The translations under genes and the position numbers were made by a program. 64,000 bases of DNA from Diplonema japonicum (taxonomy: Eukaryota > Protista > Euglenozoa: Diplonemea), in NCBI GenBank assembly GCA_964019335.1, contig OZ025654.1:744001-808000 (forward strand), given 5' to 3'. Below the pieces are notes generated by a model. That model was given only the letters and a program-made list of their open reading frames with translations, was not told where the DNA came from and searched no databases. Shown here piece after piece: positions 24,001 through 32,455 of the stretch; position 1 is the stretch's first letter, and every line of letters begins with the position of its first letter.

Positions 24001-27000
24001 GAGTATCAGGAGCTACACTAAGGAACACAGCACGCTCTAGGTCCACCAGCAGGGCCTCTTCGTGTCCTTTCAGCTCTGCAGGGCTGACCATCATACGTAC
24101 TTCAACAAGAACGCTTTTCTTGATACCTGGTGCACCTCTTGTTTCTCTTGTCAGCCTCTTGCAGGCCGTTGAGGCACGCCACACTTCGTCAGAGACAAAG
24201 CTTGATGCAAACACCTTGATATCGCATGTGTGACAACGTGCCCTGGCAGGCCTCGGCCGTGGCTTAGACCCAGGGGGCGCAGGGCAAGCACCGCGATGCA
24301 CAAACCCAACACAAGAGGCAGTCCTCTCACAGTGCAGCTTGCATGTGTCGATGTCGTCGACGTCGATAACGCGGTACAGGTCGCCACCCTCAAGGTTGCT
24401 GTCCTCTTGACAATCGTAGTCATCGGTGGGCTGTATCGACAGGGCCTGTACCTCTCTGGAGTACTCCGCACCCTTGAGCAGGCAGTGAATGACTTGAGTG
24501 GTACTTGTTGCTGAGGGTTTATAAGTGCGCAAAAAGTCGCAAGTAGCTGTCCTTGCCTTGTACCTCACTGCACCGCAGTATGCGACACCGAAGCACTCTT
24601 CAGCGCACTTTGAGGCAGACGCAGTTCCCTTTGTGCTGCTGATCACCTCGCCTTGCACGTCGCCATGCTTGCAAGTGAACCTGTCCGTCGCGACGTCGCC
24701 TGTCTCCGCCTTCCTCGTGCAGCTAGTGGCGTCTTCTGACTTTGGGACAGAAACTTCCTTTATAATGTAGTCCAGTAAGCGACATGTTACCGTTCTTGTT
24801 TTCCTTTTGTAGACAATACCCAAGCAGGAAGACACTTGTGTGCATTTTTTCTCGCACTCAGCTATCGTCAGCCCCGTGAAGGAAGCTCCTTTTGTATCAC
24901 CTTTCAGTGCAACATGCTTTGTACAAGAATATGTTGGTGTTATTTCAACCTGCTGTGGTGTGTCCCAGGCTTCTTGTTTTGTGCAGTGTAACGACCCCTT
25001 GCACTCCTGAGGCACGGAAAGGGCTTTCAGCAACGCGCAATGTTTATCTTTATACGAAAAAGCGATGCAGGCAGAGATCTCTTTGCAGTGGGACTGGCAT
25101 TTCGTCAGACTGATGGGATTGAACTGCAGCAGCACGGCAGCTTCTTCTTCTGCAGCTGACGAATCGTTAAAGCAGACAAAGGGTGCGCTCTCTTTAGGGG
25201 CATCCGGTTGGCACTCGTACTGCAGGGTGGGTGTGTTCTTGTGCTTGCCGCAGCCTATCATGTGGTGATCTACGAGGCCATTGTCCCATTGTATCTTGTA
25301 CCACCCTCCTCCCCTGCATGGTTTGGCTTTCTTCAAGATTGTACCCTTGATCACACCCGCCGTGGCCGGGTCTTCTCTTATCACTTCCAAGCCCTGTTTG
25401 ACAACTTCGCTTGTCACATGACAACGTGGGTGAGGTACTCGCAAGCAGGATTCTCTGTCTGTGTCCTGCGTGCTGCCGCTGTCTTCGTAGATAGCATCGT
25501 ACAGCATGCACGTGTTGTTGCTTTCTTTGTATGTGACGCCAACGCACTGATCGTACTCGCTGCAACTTTCTTTGCATCCGTCAAGTGATGTCGTAGACAC
25601 GTGGTTGTTGTGCCCTGCCACTTGCACGTTGCAGTCGTAATACGACTTCCTACTTCTACCTCCTCCCCTACCCCTTCCTTGGCCACGCGTTACAGCTGTC
25701 AATGCAGTGTGGTGACACCCTGCAAGTGCAAGATCATACTGGCCATCGCAGCCTGCTTTGTAACTTCCCTTCGTGTCCGTTTCCTTCCAGTACACCATCA
25801 CCCAGTATCCACCCGGGCACTCAGCCGACCTCTCAATCACAGTGCCTGACCCCCTCCCGTCCTCGTTTTGATATGCCCAGTCTGCACCCCTCACCACCTC
25901 CAAGCCTTTGTCAAGCTTGTCGGGGAACACTCGACAGTCGTGCTCTGTTTCTTCTTCCTGCTCGTCCTCGTCCTCATCCGAGTGTGTCTTTGAGTCTTCA
26001 GGCATCTTGCACCCCGCCTGTCCTGACACGACACGGAAAGACCGCGGACGGATCGTGGGCTCTTCGCATGAAGTCATCAGCCAGCATCTTTCGTTGTTTC
26101 CATTCCACGTGAAGCAAGTGCACCCTACCTCATCCTTGCACAACGCAGAGCATGCATCAGCTCCAGTTGCTTCTCTGTATGTCTCTTCCAGGTTCTCGTT
26201 TCCCTCTCTAATACTGTTATATTGTGTATCGATCTCACATAGTGGCACCTCTTGGGCCACCAGCTGGTGACACACAGGCAACCCGCTCCACCCCGTCACC
26301 TGGCACACGACCACGTCACAGGTGTGGCCTGGCTTTATAGCTTCGCACGTCTCGCCGATTGCAAGGGTGGTGTTGCACGGGATGACAAGGTCGGTGCCCT
26401 GCAGCAGCGAGGTGTGGCACAAGGAGGGCGTGCAGACGGGCTGCACGGGGAACCAGGTGGAGTTCTGCAAGCAAGACACCGCCTCGCATGTGTGACCCTC
26501 CAAACTATAAGCGCAGTAGGAAAGTGGTGGCGTGCGCTGCTCGTCAGCATCAGGGCACGTCAGCTTCCCAGCCGTGAAGGCAGCAGTCAGGTCTGACAAG
26601 CTGCAGCCTCCCTGGGGTGCTGTGCGCCAGCCTGTGACGGTACAAGTGGTGTTCAAACCGCCGATTTTACGGGTTTCATAGATGTTGTGGTGAGTGTCAT
26701 CTGCGGTGCAGTAGCGCACCTCGCCGCCTTCGCAGAATTGGTGTTCGAGCATGTTGATGCGCTCTGTGGTCCGTGTCCTGCCCCATGCTACGCTGGCGTG
26801 CGTGTTGTTGATGAGTGCGATGATGTTCCCCTCCTCGGCTGTGTTCCTGTGGCGCACCTCGGCAGGTTTGGGGCCGGTCACAGAGCACATTGCGTAGCTT
26901 GTTGCCAAACTGCAGTCTTCCTCGCCTGCCACGTGCTCCCCTGACTCACTGTATCCGTCCACGCTGCCGTACAGGGAACACTCCTTCGACAGCACCGACC

Positions 27001-27169
27001 AGTCCCATCCCTTGCACCCACCCTCACCAAGGCACAGGGTGTGACATGTGTCTAACCTTCTGCTATGTCCCTTCGTGGCGTCCCTGCCATTCACCTTGTA
27101 ACCCCTCCTACATGGCTCAGTGTTGCTTGCCGCACACAGCAGAAGTAGCAGAGGTGCAGCGGTGACCAT
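15089..27169 (-). CDS. Giant single-pass receptor-like protein (~4026 aa): many PAN/apple repeats, two MIB/HERC2-like modules, laminin-type EGF, TM, cytoplasmic PDZ-like and SH3/Tudor-like domains
   Basis: Signal peptide MVTAAPLLLLLCAAS; more than 20 CxxxCxxxxxC...C-x-L repeats; CSSNG..CTCTC..YAGAKCDACAEGF; TM WWFVFPATAFAILAIVVALFVIL; KKTAEPMGLVW..VTVNSPAE..VNG. No introns. Confidence 0.92.
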   Translation of the reverse strand: MVTAAPLLLLLCAASNTEPCRRGYKVNGRDATKGHSRRLDTCHTLCLGEGGCKGWDWSVLSKECSLYGSVDGYSESGEHVAGEEDCSLATSYAMCSVTGPKPAEVRHRNTAEEGNIIALINNTHASVAWGRTRTTERINMLEHQFCEGGEVRYCTADDTHHNIYETRKIGGLNTTCTVTGWRTAPQGGCSLSDLTAAFTAGKLTCPDADEQRTPPLSYCAYSLEGHTCEAVSCLQNSTWFPVQPVCTPSLCHTSLLQGTDLVIPCNTTLAIGETCEAIKPGHTCDVVVCQVTGWSGLPVCHQLVAQEVPLCEIDTQYNSIREGNENLEETYREATGADACSALCKDEVGCTCFTWNGNNERCWLMTSCEEPTIRPRSFRVVSGQAGCKMPEDSKTHSDEDEDEQEEETEHDCRVFPDKLDKGLEVVRGADWAYQNEDGRGSGTVIERSAECPGGYWVMVYWKETDTKGSYKAGCDGQYDLALAGCHHTALTAVTRGQGRGRGGGRSRKSYYDCNVQVAGHNNHVSTTSLDGCKESCSEYDQCVGVTYKESNNTCMLYDAIYEDSGSTQDTDRESCLRVPHPRCHVTSEVVKQGLEVIREDPATAGVIKGTILKKAKPCRGGGWYKIQWDNGLVDHHMIGCGKHKNTPTLQYECQPDAPKESAPFVCFNDSSAAEEEAAVLLQFNPISLTKCQSHCKEISACIAFSYKDKHCALLKALSVPQECKGSLHCTKQEAWDTPQQVEITPTYSCTKHVALKGDTKGASFTGLTIAECEKKCTQVSSCLGIVYKRKTRTVTCRLLDYIIKEVSVPKSEDATSCTRKAETGDVATDRFTCKHGDVQGEVISSTKGTASASKCAEECFGVAYCGAVRYKARTATCDFLRTYKPSATSTTQVIHCLLKGAEYSREVQALSIQPTDDYDCQEDSNLEGGDLYRVIDVDDIDTCKLHCERTASCVGFVHRGACPAPPGSKPRPRPARARCHTCDIKVFASSFVSDEVWRASTACKRLTRETRGAPGIKKSVLVEVRMMVSPAELKGHEEALLVDLERAVFLSVAPDTLSILACRDPGTPLDITDDSCGGGVGAVGVSVYSLITFEIVQPADSISDGQTFTEFRSMVETRIAASIAKPDSDISRKYEALEVEVKVRAKAIEDPLFDWQRKSRYSSPDCEYNKDITADDKILEVQKVESVELCRNYCPLVAGCVAVSYNDMQYCRLYRAVEEVHGVDPNTNTVLCIGKIVPDSNMRLSINIELPVDVQTLSDLKEPLMSGMATSLGISQDYMDISIISSTGLLSRTYNTLETQGTAVRVMAQAEKLEPQQVHEVVLARAVELVHAAAKDYTCLPRRSFSAEKLLTMKNVLTSTECIRTCDMTSACQTATYFQSDKSCVLGKQGTSVRDSDAAVGCEVTFDETDAEATHYACTQGATFMGGDLLGFEAGSIEACKSACDSLPKCNLVTYNNNTNICRLKKYSEALLAGTDGKDMSCRLLSNNTQHAGYSCQKGADFDGSQLFVVNDVSSTKSCATYCSKVVECTAVKWNAVEKLCVVFRDVIQGGEQKSGVESCSKLKREVAKLTGEKFTCTEGQKGHGSELASLTVDNWDDALSACSATPFCKAVSCHHTSCNLIGVLDSISTTPGHVLCIDPTNSDDATSVNAVLGDLPLAYNRKVYSCEEGSLNGGDIRMTSAPSLAACQYSCNADTACNKISYTAASSWCLLKDSSAVLAQAEDVISCMLTDSYYCEEDKRHLEYEQGAFQISLAECKEKCDSTPSCKSLTYDNSCHLAREGEMQGTAPGSLVCYPATPYSCMTSTKHYVKGAFVWEGPLLSLRECQIKCDATPTCVRAVYVPTTNDCTLLGISGKWAASDLAEPHVTCSKGMSYSCEEERDWEGAPIVTLSDVDTIVECQENCDTTPDCMLVVYDGLAQTCKLLERGTPASRAQEHKSLQSCVRSYKQVSMYACRTSAKYEGNILAVHHTASMEQCQGMCGKAANCTGVSFFKEICTLHRSTRAFLESSEHDSFACERTLALENDPAPYTCGDNGLGRGAAEDLLGVLYHAATSEACKSFCDILPSCTCYNYLWSGDHVRCMFYPSCTKGSDKQTCAKAKRTQKSFTPRDDLRKTLNCTANPSPTKWKLLYSVIDVDTVQACTTKCAQVTNCKYIEWKDHDKECILLGTGKGYIVKSTSLGCEVLPDVTRAIRRTKTFKCSTDLSLLGNRFIVASHSTKESCKARCEESFTCSAIHYSQDDKTCTLFGTSVLMMSKALSRKIKVYREVPAGVACVVVTPGKELQEEFVCAKGKGHIGGDMLSMLKVPFAKCKSLCTVIPQCIGLTYEGNKQCSLRTTGAVMSARLTTVACNRDHSLYSGQLRSAFTCTSSLSFSGKTLITVAGITSPADCSLLCSSYSYAIIPMLCTASSHYKANDTCVLFKGKVTGRYMPHTKQKIMSCKRDGDTDGQAKPTMEEIIRSTTVTYKCDKGKTEAPVYGSELFVIENINDVKTCQLQCYNTKGCIALVYEQKDTTCLLLDSVPVPAATTKLEESKETCWEEVGSVRGCECSNSCSGVCDITPSRDCTLETLWMECDIVRKSRMATFLSAKTSVVTVIVTMKQPGLSAAVFEGVQFPSDDSGSSGFLISLDVRVPDGVSHATFSRDVLKRLKEIHESSTILPGALDASLHALGLKPWAETRWSLREKERAVYYSSNEEDSAPFDDVTSSGPRRALLQLDEGGQPQLDVERRNERIKGILNLLAAGDTNPCTAGWADADYGVMSNRYNLETQWYLKGTLAECIEACKVRDECVAFSRVYGEDMANSACYFKRRLLPIIGSQVTFSGYRTYIYKCPEQGLTCDFAEHEDAELEAADQFRSEEISVLQMKITSSSVCKAACVMMWDCKGTTYFEATRQCHFIQEPADHVTTAQGATSFICSQRVATTPQPTPAPTLLKTSLLERWQAVIYNEFDANVTDVSDGAVTPTLTLPVQDMVVRYTTENVTEQHALHLTYENTDVSSFFNKDDRFGASYLAELLSQMATELGVLPTDIELKELCRADVAGKPLDCYYANGTAISSARTAQFLQAQAASVFIDLDINIKKEEVLQTATLPSGKTLSIGPEELFPPGSRILDDSGNVQGTADSMGRVTRTPQAQEVFSKYTSSVDLPLSPALATSMLSEKKKYTSQGLISFVESHATQWVNGNHLGTVCHKGVNGSTVACNGSPECTIVGDCSSNGFPQGFKGACTCTCLPAYAGAKCDACAEGFTGFPYCTPEGIRSPVDIPKWMHHVEKWDDSNMYQTFHLVVSDAPDMLMRRLYSFTTELRRALGDMARMVWMLHLCKTELCNGTCPEVRVDSWNDDLFAHCAVLYPVEYGNETVSESSDRSRAHALSVQKTLVELDVEYDTAPPAVQDIVAALLQVPAVVSVVSITQPGKRMSPHNEREQQAPYATHEAIIDTNNGSKLFDWWFVFPATAFAILAIVVALFVILRVIRKRDDGARSQLIMMKHEVFIEKKTAEPMGLVWEDHTLLKSVTVNSPAEHADAQRFIGRRAVRVNGINVETLRGIKEAAGNSVLVHIEFERQGPCLAIKLVGNAMGVDEKWFIKTLVCEADLDEADITVVGILEPDLLASTSKAVYLVLFRVNGWLQFQADGFIQRCRDLEDPIHNTMHISGISYARLDDIRIARNKYGDEDDCLEPLNLWVACSWAKKEQVASCHGVYTRHDVLHNGYPVWERDRREEDNYDRLCYRTKTGLWAVCSTHEEMSQNIGYLVSGKTLQGPHLGRNEWEDYDGGGSTDYSVTANPVVIRGYCLGDTVRVTTNTPWKGIVRGQGKKEATVKVKMCDGSNITTHKDNVDITNGPFVNVRNEDAEWSTGQIVNISEDDTRVKVHVCLEPYEAAKWYNKNSEDLQLEKLDIAIGDTVELVEDVIPSEDTCMIHGEIGMVLQILSDGETSTPFGVKGPDGSVAWYSEEMLKPVDTASTAKPEGSVAWRSVLPQPEVKRRASKANLATMLVNNRIEHMHDPHTPTSSSQSSHLIDMSNDVDSTVL

Positions 27170-28364
27170 AGTGCTTGAGGTGATCGTTGTGTTAGGAAGG
27201 TGGTGAGGGAAGAAAAAAAAGAGTAGGGAGAACATAAGAAAAAGAAGAAGTGAAGAGAAAAAAATAAAAAAGAAGGTGTGAGGGAAAAAAAAAAAGAAGG
27301 GGAGAGAATTTTTTTTGGGCGGAGGGGGTACTACTTGTTCTTCATTTGGTGGGCTTTTTTTAAGTATTTTTTTTTTTGTTGCAAATTTCCTTAAGAAGAA
27401 CAAGGATGGGGAAACAGGGTGAGGCAAGGGGGTGGGGGGGATGAAGAGTAGGCTCAATAAAGAAAAGTGTTTATATTTCCTTAAATATCATTGTTCGCAA
27501 AAAAAAGGGGGGGTATGAGAGAGAACAAAAATAAAAGTCCACCCCCTTCATAAAACCGAGAGAAGAGAAAGAAAACCACATTTTAACCAATAAAAAAATC
27601 AACCGAAGAAAAATAAAAGAAAAAGAACAGTGTCTCGCAACAACGTGTGGGGTTTCTTTTTTATATGTTTTTTTTTTATTTTTTTTTTTTGCGAGGAGGT
27701 GAGTGGGAGTTCAAAGCCTTTTTTTTTTTTTTTTTTTTTTTTTCCTTTTTTTTTTTTCTAAGACTTCCTGACATTAGTTCATTATTTCTCTCTTTCTCAA
27801 GTTTTCTTTTCCCCTTTTTGGGCTATGTGAAAGTTGCATTCTATATTTTTTTTTTCTTTCTGAATACGTGCATGGGGGTAGAAAAAAAAAATAAATTTTT
27901 TCCAAAAGCAAAAAAAAGGGGGGGAGAGAAGGGGGGGGGACAGAATAAATAAATAAAAAAGCACTTCCCAGACTGCTACCATATTTTGATTTTCTCGTAG
28001 TTAGTTTTATTTGTCATCCCATCCAACTCCTTCCACACCCTCTGCATGCGAATTGCAAAAGAGGGCAAGGAGTCGTGGGACCAAAATCCTTTTTTTTACA
28101 CTAAGCCAAACGGAAGGGAAAAGAAAAAAAAAAAAAAAACCGAATAAAAAGGGAGAAAAAAAATAAGACCTGGGATCGCGCTGCTTTTCTTCTGTCAAAA
28201 AAAAAAAAAAGATAAACATTTGTAACAAGAAAAAACAAAAAAAAAAAGAGAAGAAAAAAAACCAACAAAGAGAAGAACCTCACCACTTTCCTCTCAATAC
28301 TTCTTTTTTTTTTGTGTGCGTGTTGTGTGCATGTGCTTGTGCCGAAAATAACAAACTATCTTCG

Positions 28365-28397
<33 letters not shown>

Positions 28398-28585
28398 GGA
28401 ACAAAAGAAATCTTTTTTTAAAAATAACATTTTTTGGGGGGAGAAAAAAAAACTCTTCAGGGCGTGTGTGAGAATGGGAGACAAAAGAAAAGAAATAAAG
28501 GAGCATTTTTTTTTTTTCTTTTTTTTTTTCTACACTTTTTTTTTTTTTTTTTTTTTTTTTCGTTAAATTAAATGTTGCCGTCTGT

Positions 28586-30137
28586 CTACGCCTGCTGCTT
28601 TGCCCTGTGGGCTTTTCTGTCAAAGTGGAAGCTCTCGAAGGCGTCGTCGCCAGCACCTGAAGCAACGCAGACGGCGATGCTGTGCCTGGCGGGAAGGTCA
28701 GTGAACTCGTTTTCGAAGTTCATCTGCTTGGCATCCGGCTTGAAAGGCACCTGCAAAGAAACAGTATTTTCCACCCACACCCTTCGCATACCGGGAGCTT
28801 GCCAGCAAGAAGCGCTTCAAAGTCAAGGTCGTTGAAGAAGGTGTGTGCCTTGAAGGCCTCCACCGTCTGCATACGGTTTTCGGGGTTCCTCTCCAGCAGT
28901 TTGCTGCACAGGTCGCGGGCACCAGCGCTCATGCCTGGGGAAAAAAAAGTGTTGCTTCGTTGTTTACAACTATACCGTCGGGGAAGGTGAGCTTCTTGTT
29001 GAGGATCAGCTCATACATGTCGTTCACGTTCTCGCTGTAGAAAGGAGGCAAGCCTGTCGATTTTTTTTTTTTTTTTTTTTTTTTTTGTTTAGCTGGGTCC
29101 ACACCGGTGATCATCTCATACAGCAGGATGCCCAACGACCACCAGTCGACGGCCCTTCCATGCCCACCGCCTGTCAGGAACTCAGGGGCCAGGTACTCAG
29201 GCGTGCCGCAGAAGGTCTTCGCTTCCTCCTTACCGCTGACCCCAGGCTTGGCAAGACCGAAGTCAGTGATGCAGCAGTTACCAATACTGTCAAGGACGCA
29301 GTTCTCGGGCTTCAGGTCACGGTAGATGATCTTGAGGCCGTGGAGGTGCCCAAGCGCAAGGCCGATCTGCGCAATGTAGAACTTAGCACGCGACTCAGGG
29401 AACGTGCCAATCTGTAAAGTGGTTCAAAACAAAACAAAACAAAAAAAAAAAAAAATGGTTTGTGCTGATACCTGCGACAGGTGGTAGAACACCTCACCAC
29501 CGGACAGGAAGTCGAGGATGAGGAACAGGGAGTCCTTGGTCTGGAAGGCGTAGTGCAGCTTCACGATGAATGGGTGGTTGATCATCCCGAGGATGTTCTT
29601 CTCGGCCTTCATGTGCTCGACAAGTCCTTCCCTGAGGATGAGGTCCTTGGACATGCACTTCATGGCGAAGATCTCTTTGGTGTCCTTCTTCCTGACCTGC
29701 ATGACCTTCCCAAAGGAGCCCTTTCCAACGACGCAGAGGAGGTCGAAGTCATCGAGGCCCGCCTGCTTCCCTTCGAAGACGTCGTCGTCGTCACTGTCAC
29801 CACCGCCTGCAACGGCGATCGAGGCACCACCGTCCTTGCTGTCCTTGATCTTCTGGATCCAGTTGGACTTCTCGGCGTCGCTGGAAGCGAACAGAGTGTA
29901 GGGCTTCGACATGTTGGGTCCGCTGATCGTCCAGGAGAACTTCTTCTTAGGATCCTCCATGACCGTCGTGTCCTTCAGGTTGATCACACCCAGCGGTGCG
30001 TCCCCAGAGCCCGTGGGCTTCGCTTTGTAGTAGTACAGCCTCTTGCTCCTAAGCTCGAACCACCTGTCCTGGTCCCTCTTCATCATGGAGCCTCCTGCCT
30101 TCTTCAAGAACCCACTGCACTCTGCCGCCTCGGCCAT
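28586..30137 (-). CDS. PH-domain AGC kinase (Akt/PKB/SGK-like), 5 exons: 30137-29472, 29411-29105, 29053-28976, 28934-28792, 28750-28586
   Basis: PH domain, GKGSFGKV, YRDLKPEN, DFGLAK, TFCGTPEYLAPE and hydrophobic motif FESFHF. Four GT-AG introns (60, 51, 41, 41 bp) give a 452-aa frame. Confidence 0.95.
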
Positions 30138-30512
30138 TTTATTTTATTTTATTTTTTTTTTTTTTTTTTTTTTTTTTTGTGTTTACTAGTATGCTGTGGG
30201 TTCAAAGCTAAGGTAGGGGAGGGCAAAATAATATGAATAAGTGCAAAGAACATAAGAAGATGAAGAAGAAGAAGAAGAAAGAAGAATGATAGAAAGGGAG
30301 GGGAAAGTGAACGGTCACATGACCCTTGCCCTTAGGATGATTAGAGGTCTTCCTTCTTTTTTTCTTTTTTTTTTTTTTTTTTTTTCTTCTTTTCGGTTCT
30401 TTTTTTTTGACCTGATAGAAAAACAAAAAAATATTAACGGGAGAGAAAAAAAGACAGTTTTCCATGATGAGGTGTCTAGTGGCCACCAAGAAAATGAAAA
30501 AGGAGAGGAAAT

Positions 30513-31196
30513 CTAGGAATATCTGTAAAGTAGATGGGTGGCAGTTGGGTCATCATACAGCGTCACTGGCTTGTGGGCGCGGAACGTGGAAGAGAGGGAC
30601 TCGATGGAACCCTGAAGCGAGATACGACCAACACGTGAGGCAACATAGATAACGGTGGAAGCAGGGGTGTAATAGTGCCTGATGGTGTTCGTGAGGGGGA
30701 GGGTGCAGGCTGTTTCGTAGTTGACATCGGCAGCAAGGAGCACATCGATTGTGGAAGCGACTGGAGGGCTGGCAGCAGCAGGGTGGTTCCAATCCAACAC
30801 AGAGGGAACAATATTTTTAAGCAGGGGCAGGTCACTGTTTACCTGTATGACAGCATGCAGCTCCTTGATCGCAGCAGGTGAAAGATCAGTGGCGTAGACA
30901 GCTTTAGCCCCACACAGTGCCGCTGCAATGCTGGGCAGACCAATTCCACATCCTAATTCCAAACATACTTTCCCCCCAACTAGGTCATCCTCCACCCACT
31001 CTGCCATCATTTTGGACGACTCCCAAATATGCACTCGCTGGGTAGGGACCTTAACAGTCAATCCCTTGATCACTACCTTCGACCACCCTTCTCCGTTGTC
31101 TTCACCTTCTTCCTCTTCAAACAGGTCGAACTCCTCATCGCTGCTCACTGACGGGGTTCGTGATCGCGATGTGTTCGGGGCTTGCTCCACAGCCAT
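30513..31196 (-). CDS. Seven-beta-strand protein methyltransferase (METTL21/EFM family)
   Basis: IWESS, VCLELGCGIGLPSI, ATDL, LDW and LAADVNY motifs. The start codon is uncertain. Confidence 0.88.
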   Translation of the reverse strand: MAVEQAPNTSRSRTPSVSSDEEFDLFEEEEGEDNGEGWSKVVIKGLTVKVPTQRVHIWESSKMMAEWVEDDLVGGKVCLELGCGIGLPSIAAALCGAKAVYATDLSPAAIKELHAVIQVNSDLPLLKNIVPSVLDWNHPAAASPPVASTIDVLLAADVNYETACTLPLTNTIRHYYTPASTVIYVASRVGRISLQGSIESLSSTFRAHKPVTLYDDPTATHLLYRYS

Positions 31197-32064
31197 GTGA
31201 GTGAGGGTATCTGAAGTGTCGGATGAACAGCTGAAAAAGAAACTCAATAACATTTCAGTGTGCATGGTGCTCACTGTGAAGAAAGAGAAAAAACCAATAA
31301 AGAGGAGCAAGCAAAGTAGAGGGGTGAGTTTCAAAACAAGGAAAGGGGCACAATTTTATTCATTGAATTGAACTGTGGCGAGTGAACCACACAAGGGCTG
31401 CACCACCTGGCTGGCCATCTGAAACGTCTCCATACTATCTGTGGCAGCACAGAAGTGTGGCTTAAAAAAAAAAAAAGAAAAGAGGTGGGAAAGAATAATG
31501 ACGTTAGTTGCTTTATAAATCGCCTGGCACACAAGCAACTTTCAGGGCTGACGGCGACCAAGCTGAAAGGACTGAGAGAAGATTACCGGAAAGAAAGGAT
31601 TGGAAGATATAAGTGTCAGCTAGGCACTACGGTGGGTAGCAGGGAACGACCCCAAAAGGGAGCATGACCGAAGCCGAAGGGGAACATGGCTATAGCATTC
31701 TCGCATTCTCTCACAAAAGAAAAAAAAAAGAGACATTTTTCTTTTTTTTTTTTTAAATTCCACCTCCTCTTGGTCTAGCCAGACCGACCCCACCCAGCTG
31801 GGCTGTGTGGAGCCAACGGAAGTGTGTTGAGACGTTCGTGCTTTCGTGTCGGCCTGTGTTATTGTTCTAGCACCTTTGTGACATGGGTATTCTCTTTCCA
31901 CAGTTGGCTAATGGCTTTTTTTTTTTTTTTTTTTTTTTTTTTTTCTCCTTTGGTTGCCAGTCCTCGGGATTCTTTTTTTTTCTTTTTTCTTTTTTTTTTC
32001 TTTCTGGTCCATGCACATGGGGGAAGAGGGTTGTTGGGGTTTATGTTATTTTTTCTTTCTTTCC

Positions 32065-32455
32065 TTTTTTTTTTTTTTTTTTTTTTTTTTCTTTCTATTT
32101 GTTTACACTTGATTTGTTTTCTTCCTGCTGCCTTTTGATTAGCTTGCTAGGTATACGGCTAGTCGGTGGGGGTTAGTCGGTGGGCTCGTCAGGGGGCTTG
32201 TGGGCTTGCCTTGGGGCTTGTAGGTTGTCTATTTGGTGTCCTCGAGGAACCTGATTGCCCTCTTCGGGTCTTTGATGAGGATGTGCTCCAGCGTGTGGAT
32301 GTCATAGTGCTTGTCTCTGGCCGCCTTGGTCGCTGGGCACTCTAGGAGGAGGTGTTGTAGTGTTCTCTGTGTTGTGCCGTCGCATTTTTCGCAGGTGCGT
32401 TGGGTTGTGTACTCCTCTTTGAGCAGGTGGTGATGACCAGTCTTCACCATACTAG
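32065..32455 (-). mobile_element. 3' end of a non-LTR retrotransposon (I/Ingi-like): C-terminal CCHC knuckle, 3' UTR and A tail
   Basis: KTGHH...CEKCDG..RTLQHLLLECPA..AR..., stop at 32229, a C-rich UTR, then an A26 run (T 32065-32090 on +). Confidence 0.7.

Noticed and set aside
27170-28560. Poly-Phe/poly-Lys ORFs and upstream ORF extensions here and in other spacers
   Set aside because: Translations of homopolymer tracts, whose lengths may also be sequencing-inflated.
31757-31916. HDV-like ribozyme (AGCCAAC...GTTGGCTAATGGC)
   Set aside because: I could not build P1, P3 and P1.1.
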